Below are positions 19,763-28,923 of a stretch of DNA of 59,062 nucleotides, in pieces; within the stretch, counting starts at the first letter, position 1; every line of letters begins with the position of its first letter. Position numbers and translations under genes: made by a program. Source of the DNA: a virus (lineage: Duplodnaviria; Caudoviricetes); IMG/VR virus record IMGVR_UViG_3300020178_000191, positions 1 through 59,062 of that record; one strand, written 5' to 3'. The notes under the pieces are model-generated. The model searched no databases and was not told the DNA's origin. It was given only the letters and a program-made list of their open reading frames with translations.

Positions 19763-20295
19763 ACTTCATTTCCCCAATAGTCCCAATTTTTAAATGGCTT
19801 TTTTCTAGCAAACAACTCTATGTATGGACCATCTACAAGAGCTTCAATCTCTTTGTGTAATAATGGTTTCTCGGAATGTCGACCTCTTTCCTGTACCACT
19901 AATTGTTTTACACCCATTGATTTTCTTTTTGGTTTGCCTTTAGTAGCCAACAAACACATTTCAGGATTGGCTCTAGTCCAATAACCTAAACCTGTAAAGA
20001 AACCCATTTTAGTTCGATTCGTTTTTGCCCAAGTAAATCCAACTGTCTTATACTTGAAGCCCCAGGCGTCAATAACTTTAAACGCCTGGTCTAAAAGTGG
20101 ATCTACAACCCACATTAAAAGGACTGCATCGTCCTTAGCAATTCGGTCAACAGGTAACCGAATAATGTCAGCGATAGACATACAAGGATAATGTCTTTCA
20201 GGACTTTTATCCTTTCCTTTGTTACTATACGTTTTAAAATACCAAGGAGGGTCAGCATATATTACTCCATATTGTTTGTTAGTTTGAAAGTCCAT
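19759..20295 (-). CDS. MT-A70 family N6-adenine methyltransferase
   Basis: VIYADPPW, LLMWV, WGFKY, GYWTRANPE, HSEKP, IELFAR. Confidence 0.9.
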   Translation of the reverse strand: MDFQTNKQYGVIYADPPWYFKTYSNKGKDKSPERHYPCMSIADIIRLPVDRIAKDDAVLLMWVVDPLLDQAFKVIDAWGFKYKTVGFTWAKTNRTKMGFFTGLGYWTRANPEMCLLATKGKPKRKSMGVKQLVVQERGRHSEKPLLHKEIEALVDGPYIELFARKKPFKNWDYWGNEV

Positions 20296-20434
20296 AAGCC
20301 TGTATAAAATATCTAATCATTAATATTATTATTAAAAATTGAGGTATACTTAAATTAGTTCTAGCAGCCAATATGGCTCCTGTGGCAAAACCCCAATGTA
20401 TAGTTATTATTAATAAAAATAAACCTGTTATCAT
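20279..20434 (-). CDS. small membrane protein
   Basis: Two hydrophobic stretches; likely start MITGLF overlapping the gp43 stop. Confidence 0.45.
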   Translation of the reverse strand: MITGLFLLIITIHWGFATGAILAARTNLSIPQFLIIILMIRYFIQAYGLSN

Positions 20435-22920
20435 CCAAAAAATGCCTCTAAACTGGCCTTTTCTTCGTGTTCCCAACCAATCGCCTGTAATATAAATCTC
20501 ATAGGATCTAAAAATGTTTTTTCAAATTGTGTTTCATAATCAATATATTCTTTGAGTTTAAACTCTTTAGGTAGTTTAGTAATATAACTTATTACATCAA
20601 ATTTAAATGGATTTGCCTCTAGTAATTTTAAAAACTTGATTTTATCACCCTCTTGTATGTAAGGGTATTTGTTTTGTAACTTAAATTGTTTTAGTTGATG
20701 ATTATAAATCAAAGCACCTTTAACGTGAATAGGTGTGCCTTTAATAAACACATCATTAGCGTGTTTGTATTTTCTTAAATTATTACAACTTCTAGGAAAA
20801 GATATTTGTTCAGCCGACATTTGAAAAAACTCTTTTTTAAATTCAGAAATAAAATTGTGTAAATCAGATTGTTCTTTAGACATAATAATCTTAATGGCTT
20901 CTTTAATCTTACCTCTACAAACTTGTGGTGTTGATGACTTAACTGCTTCAATACCCATAATCTTTAATTTAGGATCAGATAGTCTAACGCCTTCTTCATC
21001 TAATACATTTAACATATATCTTTTTTTAGCTACCCATATACCTTTATTGGCAATTACTTCTCGTTTCATTACCATACAATTTTTAAAAGCATTTGTATAA
21101 TCAGCCAATTCAGCAAAACATTTTTCTAAAAATGGTTCTATTCTACTATCTACAACCTTGTTTAAGAAATTACATATCTGTTCATTATCTTTACCTTCAC
21201 AAGTTTTTTCTACTAACTTGTCAAGTGTTACATAAATTGAATCTGTATCAGACGCCACAATATAATCTAACTTATCGTGTGTTTTTAATATTTTATTTAA
21301 ATATTCATTTACTTTACTTTCAATAAAACGAATAATAAACTGGCCTGCCGTTGTAATGGCACTTGCCTGTCTTACATCATAATATCTAAAGTATTGATTG
21401 CCTACGGCACCATAAGCACTATTGAGAGCAATCTTTCTAGCCCATTGAATATTGTGACAACGAGATATTTCTCTTACAAGTTTAGGATCTTTTGTTTTTT
21501 CATATTCTTTTTTTGCCTTTAACATTCGTTTCTTGTAAATAACTCGTTCATTGTACATTGTTTCCATCATTTCAGGTAAAAAACCTTGACCATCTGTTTT
21601 AAATAAAGCACCATTAGGTGTTATACAAGCGCCTTCAGTTTTTAAATGAGTGAGTGGTGTCCTTTGTTCTAACATTTTATTTACTGAAACGCCAGATGAT
21701 TTAACTCCTATAATCTTTTCGGGAGAAATATTATACTGTATGATAATATGAGGATATAGAGAGTTAATATCAAACGACACCACCCATTTGTGTTGACCAA
21801 GTTGAGGTTCTTTTACATAAGCGCCTTCGTATTTTGTTTCTTTTAAATGTTCTTCTCTTGGAGGCACACAAATATTTTTTTTCATTAAATGGTTTGCTAT
21901 CAAAGTGTCCCATACTCTAACTTGTGAAAATATATCACCATAGTTTACTTTACTTTCATAAGCAACGGTTAATGACAAGTCAATTAGGCCTAGTTTATCT
22001 TCTAGTCCATCAACAATTTCTACGTCTTGTATATTGTAATCAACAAACGATTGAAAGTCTTTAGTATACCATTCTTTAAATGTATCATATGGCATATCAT
22101 CTTTACCACGGCCAAGTTCTAACTCACCGATAAAGTCAAGTTTATAACTTTCTTGTCTTTGTGGTACAAACCATTTGTATAAGTCCAAGTAATCTAAATT
22201 TGTAATACCATAAATTGTATATACGGTTTGAGGTCTACCTCTTACAACAATCTCCTCACTTTTAATTAAACCCCAAGGCGACATTTTATTGGCCACTTTA
22301 TCGCCAGCAATCATTTTAATTCTATTCATCAAGTAAGGTAAGTCAAAGAATTTTGTATTCCAACCAGTAATTACATCTGGATAGTTCTTAATCCAAAACT
22401 TCATAAACTCAAATAATAACTGATTTTCATTCTTACATTGAACGTAAGTTACATCTGATCTATCAGTTTTATATTCACCTGTACCCCAAGTAATAATTTG
22501 TTTGTTAGATTGATTTTTAACTGTAATACAAAGTAATTCTTCAATAGGATTTTCCACATCAGGAAAACCATTTTCACAACTTGTTTCAATATCAAGTGTG
22601 AAGATTTTAATATGATCTTTATCCCATTTAATATCTTCAGGATATTCTTTACCAATATATTGATAATGGTATCTTTCTAATCCGTAAATAGGTGAATTTT
22701 GAGTTACAACTTCTCGTCTAAACTTACGAGCAGAGTCTATGTTTTTAAATGTGATTGGTTTTAAATATTGGCCTTGTAAATTTTTATATTCAGTTTCTTG
22801 TTGTGTTAAAGCATATAGAGTAGGACCAAAATCTAACTTTTCTTTAAAGTCTTTACCCTCGTGTATACCTCTTACAAGAAGTTTGCCTTTGTGTTCAATT
22901 ACTGATTTATAAAAATTCAT
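20431..22920 (-). CDS. gp43: family B DNA polymerase
   Basis: LDIET exonuclease, SFDINSLYP, KIALNSAYG, SDTDS. Confidence 0.97.
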   Translation of the reverse strand: MNFYKSVIEHKGKLLVRGIHEGKDFKEKLDFGPTLYALTQQETEYKNLQGQYLKPITFKNIDSARKFRREVVTQNSPIYGLERYHYQYIGKEYPEDIKWDKDHIKIFTLDIETSCENGFPDVENPIEELLCITVKNQSNKQIITWGTGEYKTDRSDVTYVQCKNENQLLFEFMKFWIKNYPDVITGWNTKFFDLPYLMNRIKMIAGDKVANKMSPWGLIKSEEIVVRGRPQTVYTIYGITNLDYLDLYKWFVPQRQESYKLDFIGELELGRGKDDMPYDTFKEWYTKDFQSFVDYNIQDVEIVDGLEDKLGLIDLSLTVAYESKVNYGDIFSQVRVWDTLIANHLMKKNICVPPREEHLKETKYEGAYVKEPQLGQHKWVVSFDINSLYPHIIIQYNISPEKIIGVKSSGVSVNKMLEQRTPLTHLKTEGACITPNGALFKTDGQGFLPEMMETMYNERVIYKKRMLKAKKEYEKTKDPKLVREISRCHNIQWARKIALNSAYGAVGNQYFRYYDVRQASAITTAGQFIIRFIESKVNEYLNKILKTHDKLDYIVASDTDSIYVTLDKLVEKTCEGKDNEQICNFLNKVVDSRIEPFLEKCFAELADYTNAFKNCMVMKREVIANKGIWVAKKRYMLNVLDEEGVRLSDPKLKIMGIEAVKSSTPQVCRGKIKEAIKIIMSKEQSDLHNFISEFKKEFFQMSAEQISFPRSCNNLRKYKHANDVFIKGTPIHVKGALIYNHQLKQFKLQNKYPYIQEGDKIKFLKLLEANPFKFDVISYITKLPKEFKLKEYIDYETQFEKTFLDPMRFILQAIGWEHEEKASLEAFFG

Positions 22921-23243
22921 TATAAGTCTTTTAATAATGTAGCTATCAAACCATTATGTTTTTTAGTCAATGTAATTTGACAAGATAATCTACTTTGTTT
23001 AGGTTTAAATTCAGGTTCATATTCTAACAATTCAATTTCAGCTGTATCTGTAGGTATAGATTCATAATACCTTTCATCAATATGTACGTGACAAGTAGCA
23101 CAAGCACAACTACCAGAACAATCTGCTGGTATTTCTGGTATGGATACTTTTGAATAATCTCTAGCAGCCTTCATTAGAGTAGTGCCTTCAGGCACATCAA
23201 CTGCTATCTTTGAGCCATCACGTACAAAGTAAACAGTTATCAC
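22920..23243 (-). CDS. fdx: 2Fe-2S ferredoxin (adrenodoxin/ISC type)
   Basis: CSGSCACATCH...RLSCQ. Confidence 0.9.
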   Translation of the reverse strand: MITVYFVRDGSKIAVDVPEGTTLMKAARDYSKVSIPEIPADCSGSCACATCHVHIDERYYESIPTDTAEIELLEYEPEFKPKQSRLSCQITLTKKHNGLIATLLKDL

Positions 23244-23560
23244 TAATCTAATTTAGGTAATTTAGTTTCTGTAATTAATCCTGGTGATGTTAAAATACTA
23301 CTTGTATTTTTTTGATATGATTTTAAAATATCTTCTTTAGGATCTGTTATGAATACAACTTTGTCTTTTGATACCGTAACAGTATCACTTTTACCAAAAG
23401 CATTATATAATGACATCATTAATTGTATTGGTTGGCCTGGTGCCGATTGTTGAGGTATAATAACAAATGCTTTGTTTAAATTTACACCTTGGTCGTCTTC
23501 TTCTACTCTAGCGATTACATCTTCGCCAGTAGCTAGTCTTAATAGTTTCACGTCTGACAT
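23243..23560 (-). CDS. conserved T4-like small protein (Sm-like fold)
   Basis: VKLLRLATGEDVIA motif. Confidence 0.55.
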   Translation of the reverse strand: MSDVKLLRLATGEDVIARVEEDDQGVNLNKAFVIIPQQSAPGQPIQLMMSLYNAFGKSDTVTVSKDKVVFITDPKEDILKSYQKNTSSILTSPGLITETKLPKLD

Positions 23561-23582
23561 AATATTTCTCCTTATTGTTTAT

Positions 23583-23611
23583 AATATAACATAAATTGAC
23601 TAAATTGTCAA
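23583..23611 (-). promoter_or_regulatory. sigma70-type promoter upstream of the gp43 operon
   Basis: TTGACA-N17-TATATT. Confidence 0.6.
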
Positions 23612-23613
23612 TG

Positions 23614-25134
23614 TTATTTCTTTTCAAAACCCACTTTGTCTTGTTTACCTTCTTTTTCAATAGGTCTTAATCTCTTACTTAATACAAATGTTCTATTAGG
23701 GTTGACACTTACATTCATTTGTCGCATTAATTCTCTATTAACTAATATATCTGAGCCTGATCGTGGTCTTTGGTCTAAACCAAATTCAATATCTTTATAT
23801 GTAAAACCATTAAATGTAATATCTAATAATATCGTTGGTCTAATTTCTGATGGCTCTTCACCGTCAGCATTTGCTCTATAAACTTTACTTGTACCGTGTC
23901 TTGGTTTAGTATGAGTTTTTCCGTCATATTTCCATTTAACTATTTTACCATCTTCTAAAATTTCATCAGCGTGTAAGGCACAAGCAAGTGAACCATTTCC
24001 TGTATCAAATTTTGCTCTAACTTTTCCTAGTTCATCTAGTTCAACAGTTTCTAACCAACCACATTCACTATTTGCTTGTCTATCCCAATGACTTCTTTTT
24101 GATACCCAATCTATAATATCATACATTAATTCTTCGCCACCGATAGCGCCTGATGGTTCTGGTTCTGAATAGTAATCTTTATATTGATAACCTTCATATT
24201 CGGCACCTGAACCTGGACTACCATTGATTTCTAATACATAAGGTTTACCCTTGTAAATGATATGATCTACGCCTACAAGGTACGCTTTGGACGCTCTAGC
24301 GGCTTTTAAAATGATTTCTTGTTCTTCTTCACTTAACTTATATGGTTTTGGTGTAGCGCCTCTATGAGTGTTGGATCTAAACTCACCTTTAGCGGCAACT
24401 CTATTTGTTGACGCAAATATCTTATTATCTACGACTAAAGTTCTTACATCACCATCTACTTCCATATATTCTTGTATTAATACTTCTGCATCGTGTTTCC
24501 ATAATGCTTGTATTGTAGATACTAAACTATCCATACTTTCAATTTTAATTACACCAATACCTTGAGTACCAGTTAATGTTTTAAGTATGATAGGAAATTT
24601 ATTACCAACTAATTTTACAGCGTCTTCTATGTTTTTTTCATTTGATACAAACGCTGTTCTTGGTGTAGGTATACCAAACTTTTCAAATAGTAATGCTGTT
24701 GTTAATTTATTATCACAAGTCAGCATAGCTGATCGTGTGTTTAACATAAATGCTGATGAGTTTTGAAAGGCTGATATTAATGATAATCCAGCTTCGTCTT
24801 CAATAGAACCTGCTCGTGTAATACAAACAGTATCTTTACCTATAAATGTATGTTCAGAATCTTTACCATCATAATTATAAATGGTTAAAGTATTCTTATC
24901 TTCGTCTTTACCAGTGATGATAGCGTGTTTTGTATTGATGACAACACACTCAAAACCTTTTTTCTTACAAGCCTTTTGAATTAAACCAACTGTAAGTTCT
25001 TTTTTAGGAGCTTCACCAGCTTTTTGTTTTTTAACATTTGGATTAGACTTCGTAATAATTGCAACCGTAATCGGTTTATTTTTACGTTCTATATTTTGCT
25101 CAGTAATAAAATCTTTAAACTTCGGTACTTGCAT
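23614..25134 (-). CDS. RimK-like ATP-grasp ligase fused to a RimK-associated aspartic-protease-like domain
   Basis: GIPTPRT, ILKTLTGTQGIGV, LIQEY, FRSNTHRG, GVD, LEINGSPG; C-terminal RAKFDTGN. Confidence 0.8.
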   Translation of the reverse strand: MQVPKFKDFITEQNIERKNKPITVAIITKSNPNVKKQKAGEAPKKELTVGLIQKACKKKGFECVVINTKHAIITGKDEDKNTLTIYNYDGKDSEHTFIGKDTVCITRAGSIEDEAGLSLISAFQNSSAFMLNTRSAMLTCDNKLTTALLFEKFGIPTPRTAFVSNEKNIEDAVKLVGNKFPIILKTLTGTQGIGVIKIESMDSLVSTIQALWKHDAEVLIQEYMEVDGDVRTLVVDNKIFASTNRVAAKGEFRSNTHRGATPKPYKLSEEEQEIILKAARASKAYLVGVDHIIYKGKPYVLEINGSPGSGAEYEGYQYKDYYSEPEPSGAIGGEELMYDIIDWVSKRSHWDRQANSECGWLETVELDELGKVRAKFDTGNGSLACALHADEILEDGKIVKWKYDGKTHTKPRHGTSKVYRANADGEEPSEIRPTILLDITFNGFTYKDIEFGLDQRPRSGSDILVNRELMRQMNVSVNPNRTFVLSKRLRPIEKEGKQDKVGFEKK

Positions 25135-25576
25135 TGTCGCTATCTTTTACTTCTTCCTTATTCTCATCAATTTTTTTACCAATATTATATTTAGCTGATA
25201 GCGTCCATTCTTTTTTTTCTTTAAAAGGTAATACTTTGATTTGACTTAATGGTGCTTTGTTTTCAGCTTTTGCTGGTTTTACAATGTCAATTAAATTCCA
25301 ATCCTGTAAAAGAATAGCAATAGTATTTCTTCTTTGTATATCGTTTTCAACCAATGTAGCCTTTTTACCGTCTAAAGCAAATAGTTCTTTAAAGTGTGTT
25401 ATAAAGTATTTACCTTGTTTATGTAAAATGTGACACGATTGATAAAGTGTTTTGTCTTTTCGGGACGCTACACCAATTCTAGTTAATGTTTCTCTAACTT
25501 TAAGGAAGTCGTCTGGTTGTTTGATTGTGACCTCTAACATACTTTCAGGCGACCAGTTTACAATTTCTTCGCTCAT
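25115..25576 (-). CDS. regA: translational repressor RegA
   Basis: DDFLKVRETLTRIG, LYQSCHILHKQG, HFKELFALDG. Confidence 0.95.
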   Translation of the reverse strand: MSEEIVNWSPESMLEVTIKQPDDFLKVRETLTRIGVASRKDKTLYQSCHILHKQGKYFITHFKELFALDGKKATLVENDIQRRNTIAILLQDWNLIDIVKPAKAENKAPLSQIKVLPFKEKKEWTLSAKYNIGKKIDENKEEVKDSDNASTEV

Positions 25577-25965
25577 TTTTTTCTCCCACCTTTGTTCAAG
25601 GTCTCTTTTATAAATTCAATTTGTTCGTCTTTTAGTATGCTAAGTGCTTGTTTTGCTTTCTCATTACTATATCCATAATATTCTTTGACATACTCTAAAT
25701 TCTTCAATTTGGCTTGTGATAACCATTTGCCACCAAATCGCTTCTTTTTTCTAATACTATTTATCAAAAAATGAAACTGGACTTTCTTATCTAAAAAGTG
25801 ATAACCATTCATTTCATTGGCAGCTGCTATACTGTCATAATGCATTGATAAACACTTGTTAATGATAAACGGTGGATACTTCTTTTCCCACGTTAAATCG
25901 TCTGTATCTAATAGATTTTCTTTAGTAAAGTTTATAGCGTTTAAGTAATCTTTCAATTCGTACAT
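25573..25965 (-). CDS. gp62: clamp loader small subunit
   Basis: YPPFIINKCLS, YYGYSNEKA; position between gp44 and regA. Confidence 0.9.
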   Translation of the reverse strand: MYELKDYLNAINFTKENLLDTDDLTWEKKYPPFIINKCLSMHYDSIAAANEMNGYHFLDKKVQFHFLINSIRKKKRFGGKWLSQAKLKNLEYVKEYYGYSNEKAKQALSILKDEQIEFIKETLNKGGRKK

Positions 25966-25973
25966 AATAATTC

Positions 25974-26047
25974 TGGAGCGGATAGGCGGTAACGCTCCGC
26001 CATCTCCACGTTGGCAACGTGGCGTAATACTTCTATACCATATCCGC
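25974..26047 (-). tRNA. tRNA-Gly(GCC) with non-canonical T- and D-loops
   Basis: GCGGATA/TATCCGC acceptor stem, CCACG-TTGCCAA-CGTGG anticodon arm, GGCGG-AGCGTTA-CCGCC T arm, U73 and encoded CCA. Confidence 0.85.
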
Positions 26048-26055
26048 TTATGGTT

Positions 26056-26193
26056 TTACTTTCTTTTATTGTGTCTACCCATATACCAATCACCAGGTTC
26101 ATAATCCCATCTTTTACCGTGATGTCCTCGTATATCAGCATACCATATTCTTAATTTTACTATTAATTTTCTAAAAAATGTTCTTCTAGCCAT
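26056..26193 (-). CDS. small basic hypothetical protein (45 aa)
   Basis: Manual translation MARRTFFRKLIVKLRIWYADIRGHHGKRWDYEPGDWYMGRHNKRK. Confidence 0.5.
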   Translation of the reverse strand: MARRTFFRKLIVKLRIWYADIRGHHGKRWDYEPGDWYMGRHNKRK

Positions 26194-26202
26194 TCTAATC
26201 TC

Positions 26203-27147
26203 TTATTTAAATTTACAACTCGCCATTATTTCTGTAAGGCAGGCAACCATATTTATCTCCTGGTCAGCAACAAAGGCAGATTTATATTGATACCCAGCCA
26301 AAATTAATATAGATTGAGGAATAGATTTAGAGTCTAGTGCTGTATAGAGAACATCATAGATAGTTTTAAATAGAAAAGAGGCCTCTTTGTCCAAGTTCTG
26401 AACAACCCATTTTCTCATATCATTAAATCTTTTTTCTTTTAATGATACTATGAGTTCTTTGGTATTAGCTTCTGATAGACTAAAAAGAATACCACTATCA
26501 ATCTTACCTCTAACTGAATATCTTTGTAGTTCGTTGATAGTTCTTCTAAAGTCTGGATAATACTTTTGTATTAATTCTGACAATACTTTTTTGTCATATT
26601 CTATATTCTCATCATCAAGTATACCACCTAATCGTTTCATAAAGGCAGTAGCCGTCTTTACCTTTTGACCATTTTTTATGGCAAAATCAATGACAGTACA
26701 ACGACTATGTAATGCTGGTATTATCTTATTGACATAATTACAAGTAAATATAAATCTACAATTATTGTAAAATGTTTCTATAAAGTTTCTTAAAGCAGGC
26801 TGAACACTATCAGCGTTCATATAATCTGCCTCATCAATTATGACAACTTTATGATTAGCGTCTTCGGTAAGAGATACAGTAGAAGCAAAGTTTTTAATCT
26901 TATTTCTTAATGTATCTATTTGACGGCCTTCGTCTGAACCATTAATAATGATATAATCACTACCTAGTTCTTCACATAAGGCTCTTGCTACTGTTGTTTT
27001 ACCAGTACCGGCAGTACCAGACAACAATAGGTTAGGTATTTCTTTTTGTTTTAGAAATTGTGTAAATGTATTCTTTAAATCTTCGGTAAGAATACAATCG
27101 CTTATCTTTTTTGGACGGTATTTTTCAACCCACAAAAAATCTGACAT
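26203..27147 (-). CDS. gp44: clamp loader large subunit
   Basis: LWVEKYRP, GTAGTGKTT, IIDEAD, SRC. Confidence 0.95.
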   Translation of the reverse strand: MSDFLWVEKYRPKKISDCILTEDLKNTFTQFLKQKEIPNLLLSGTAGTGKTTVARALCEELGSDYIIINGSDEGRQIDTLRNKIKNFASTVSLTEDANHKVVIIDEADYMNADSVQPALRNFIETFYNNCRFIFTCNYVNKIIPALHSRCTVIDFAIKNGQKVKTATAFMKRLGGILDDENIEYDKKVLSELIQKYYPDFRRTINELQRYSVRGKIDSGILFSLSEANTKELIVSLKEKRFNDMRKWVVQNLDKEASFLFKTIYDVLYTALDSKSIPQSILILAGYQYKSAFVADQEINMVACLTEIMASCKFK

Positions 27148-27172
27148 AATATAAACCTCACTTTATTCATTA

Positions 27173-27520
27173 TTAGGGTGTTTCCATTGTAAATTCTTTT
27201 ACAATTTCACTATCAACATCATAACCACCTTTATTCATTGTCCAACAATCTTCTTCACGGTCATAATCGTGTTCATCAACAAATTCTTGTACTTTATCTG
27301 CCAAGTCTTTGTCTTCTTGTGAAGCTTTATGATAGTCGTTCCAATTAAAGTATAAACCTTTTTCAAAGGTAGGCAAATCGCCAAACTCCTCTATAATATC
27401 AGAAACAGCAATTTGTCTATTAAGATAATGTGTTGTTTGATGATATTCTCTGGTTTCTACTTTTAAGTAGTCGTCTGCTTTGTATTCGGTACCGTCTTCT
27501 AATTTATAGACTTCAGACAT
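27173..27520 (-). CDS. acidic hypothetical protein
   Basis: ORF between gp45 and gp44. Confidence 0.55.
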   Translation of the reverse strand: MSEVYKLEDGTEYKADDYLKVETREYHQTTHYLNRQIAVSDIIEEFGDLPTFEKGLYFNWNDYHKASQEDKDLADKVQEFVDEHDYDREEDCWTMNKGGYDVDSEIVKEFTMETP

Positions 27521-27521
27521 A

Positions 27522-28187
27522 TTAAAACTCCGAATCTGGTTCTAATGCTATCCAATATTGTATAGGTTTATTTCTGTTTACAAAATGACTTATCTTTTGT
27601 TTAGATATTGCTACATCATAATCATCTGAAACCATTTTAAAGTTTTCAGTTTTAAAATAGGCCGTAAATGTTTTATCGGTCTCACCAACTTCAATAGAAT
27701 AATCATTTGAAGATTTGTTTTTCTTATCTGTAGCAATTAATTTAATTGATTTACCATCACCTTTAACGGCAACATCTGGTAAATTTAATGTAGTAGCTGC
27801 TTTTAGTAATTTAGAAAAGGTTTCTTTTTTAAATGTAAAAGTAACTTCTTTATCTGGCATTGTAATATTCTTTGTAGGCGAAACAATAACTGATTTGTCA
27901 GCAAAGAAATATTTTATTGCCTGTTTAGAATTAGAATCAGCAATCTGAACATTTGATCCACCATTAAACTTTAGTTCTGGTTTTTCAAAAAGTTCTACTG
28001 ATCTCAAAAATTCTGGTAGATCATAGATAGCAAATTCGCTTTCAAACTTTTCTGATATTTCAGCTTCTGCTAAAATATTTTTCATTGTAGAGATTGTCTG
28101 TACTTTGTTTCCAGGTTTAACCAATATATTTTGATTAATGTCTGAAAAGTTTTTTAATACAGAAACCGTATCACTTGATAGATTCAT
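27522..28187 (-). CDS. gp45: sliding clamp
   Basis: LKNFSDINQ, FAIYDLPEFL, YWIALE. Confidence 0.93.
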   Translation of the reverse strand: MNLSSDTVSVLKNFSDINQNILVKPGNKVQTISTMKNILAEAEISEKFESEFAIYDLPEFLRSVELFEKPELKFNGGSNVQIADSNSKQAIKYFFADKSVIVSPTKNITMPDKEVTFTFKKETFSKLLKAATTLNLPDVAVKGDGKSIKLIATDKKNKSSNDYSIEVGETDKTFTAYFKTENFKMVSDDYDVAISKQKISHFVNRNKPIQYWIALEPDSEF

Positions 28188-28217
28188 ATATCACTCCTTC
28201 ATAATTTAACATATTAT

Positions 28218-28246
28218 AATATAACATAGTATAGTTTTTTTGTCAA
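28218..28246 (-). promoter_or_regulatory. sigma70-type promoter for gp45
   Basis: TTGACA-N17-TATATT. Confidence 0.55.
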
Positions 28247-28248
28247 TG

Positions 28249-28791
28249 TTATTTTGATTTCAAATAACTTATCATATTCTCTGGTGTAGTTTCAACGTAT
28301 GGGTCATTATCTGATCCGTCATTATTGATACCTGGTTCTTGCCACCACTTTTCAACAACTCCATCGTTAATAACTGCCATATATCTCCAACTTCTATTAC
28401 CAAAGCCTTTATGATTTTTTCCAATTAACATTCCCATAAATCTAGTAAAATTACCAGATCCATCAGGAATTACTTTTACATTTTTGATTTTTAAAATTTC
28501 TGCCCAAGCGTTCATAACAAATGTATCATTTACTGAACAACAATAGATTTCATCTATTCCAAGACTTTTAATTTTTTCATAGTTTTCATCAAAGCCTGGT
28601 AATTGAGTAGATGTACAAGTTGGTGTAAAAGCACCAGGTAGAGAAAACAATACAACTCTTTTGCCTTTAAAAAAGTCGTCTGTAGATTTTTCTACCCACT
28701 TACCCTCATCAAAGTTACAGCCATCTTCTAATACAGAATCGCCTTCTCTTATTTTAAAATTAGTTTTTGGTATTACAAATTTATCAAACAT
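28249..28791 (-). CDS. peroxiredoxin (Prx5 type)
   Basis: LPGAFTPTCT, SVNDTFVMNAW, DGSGNFT, RSWRY. Confidence 0.92.
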   Translation of the reverse strand: MFDKFVIPKTNFKIREGDSVLEDGCNFDEGKWVEKSTDDFFKGKRVVLFSLPGAFTPTCTSTQLPGFDENYEKIKSLGIDEIYCCSVNDTFVMNAWAEILKIKNVKVIPDGSGNFTRFMGMLIGKNHKGFGNRSWRYMAVINDGVVEKWWQEPGINNDGSDNDPYVETTPENMISYLKSK

Positions 28792-28813
28792 TATTTACTC
28801 CTCGTTCAAATTT

Positions 28814-28887
28814 TGGAGCGGATGGACTGTACTGCCCAATCTTTTCCTGGTTGGAAACCAAGTGTATTACTTTTATACGACATCCGC
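28814..28887 (-). tRNA. tRNA-Gly(TCC) with non-canonical T- and D-loops
   Basis: GCGGATG/CATCCGC acceptor stem, GTAT-AAAAGTA-ATAC D arm, CTTGG-TTTCCAA-CCAGG anticodon arm, GATTG-GGCAGTA-CAGTC T arm, U73 and CCA. Confidence 0.85.
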
Positions 28888-28894
28888 ATTATTT

Positions 28895-28923
28895 AATATA
28901 TCACAAAGCTATTCTAAAGTCAA
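28895..28923 (-). promoter_or_regulatory. sigma70-type promoter for tRNA-Gly(TCC)
   Basis: TTGACT-N17-TATATT with TG extension, ending 7 nt before the tRNA. Confidence 0.6.

Noticed and set aside
25953-26141. 62-aa minus-strand ORF MLIYEDIT...
   Set aside because: It runs through the tRNA-Gly(GCC); the 45-aa ORF 26056..26193 in another frame fits the gap better
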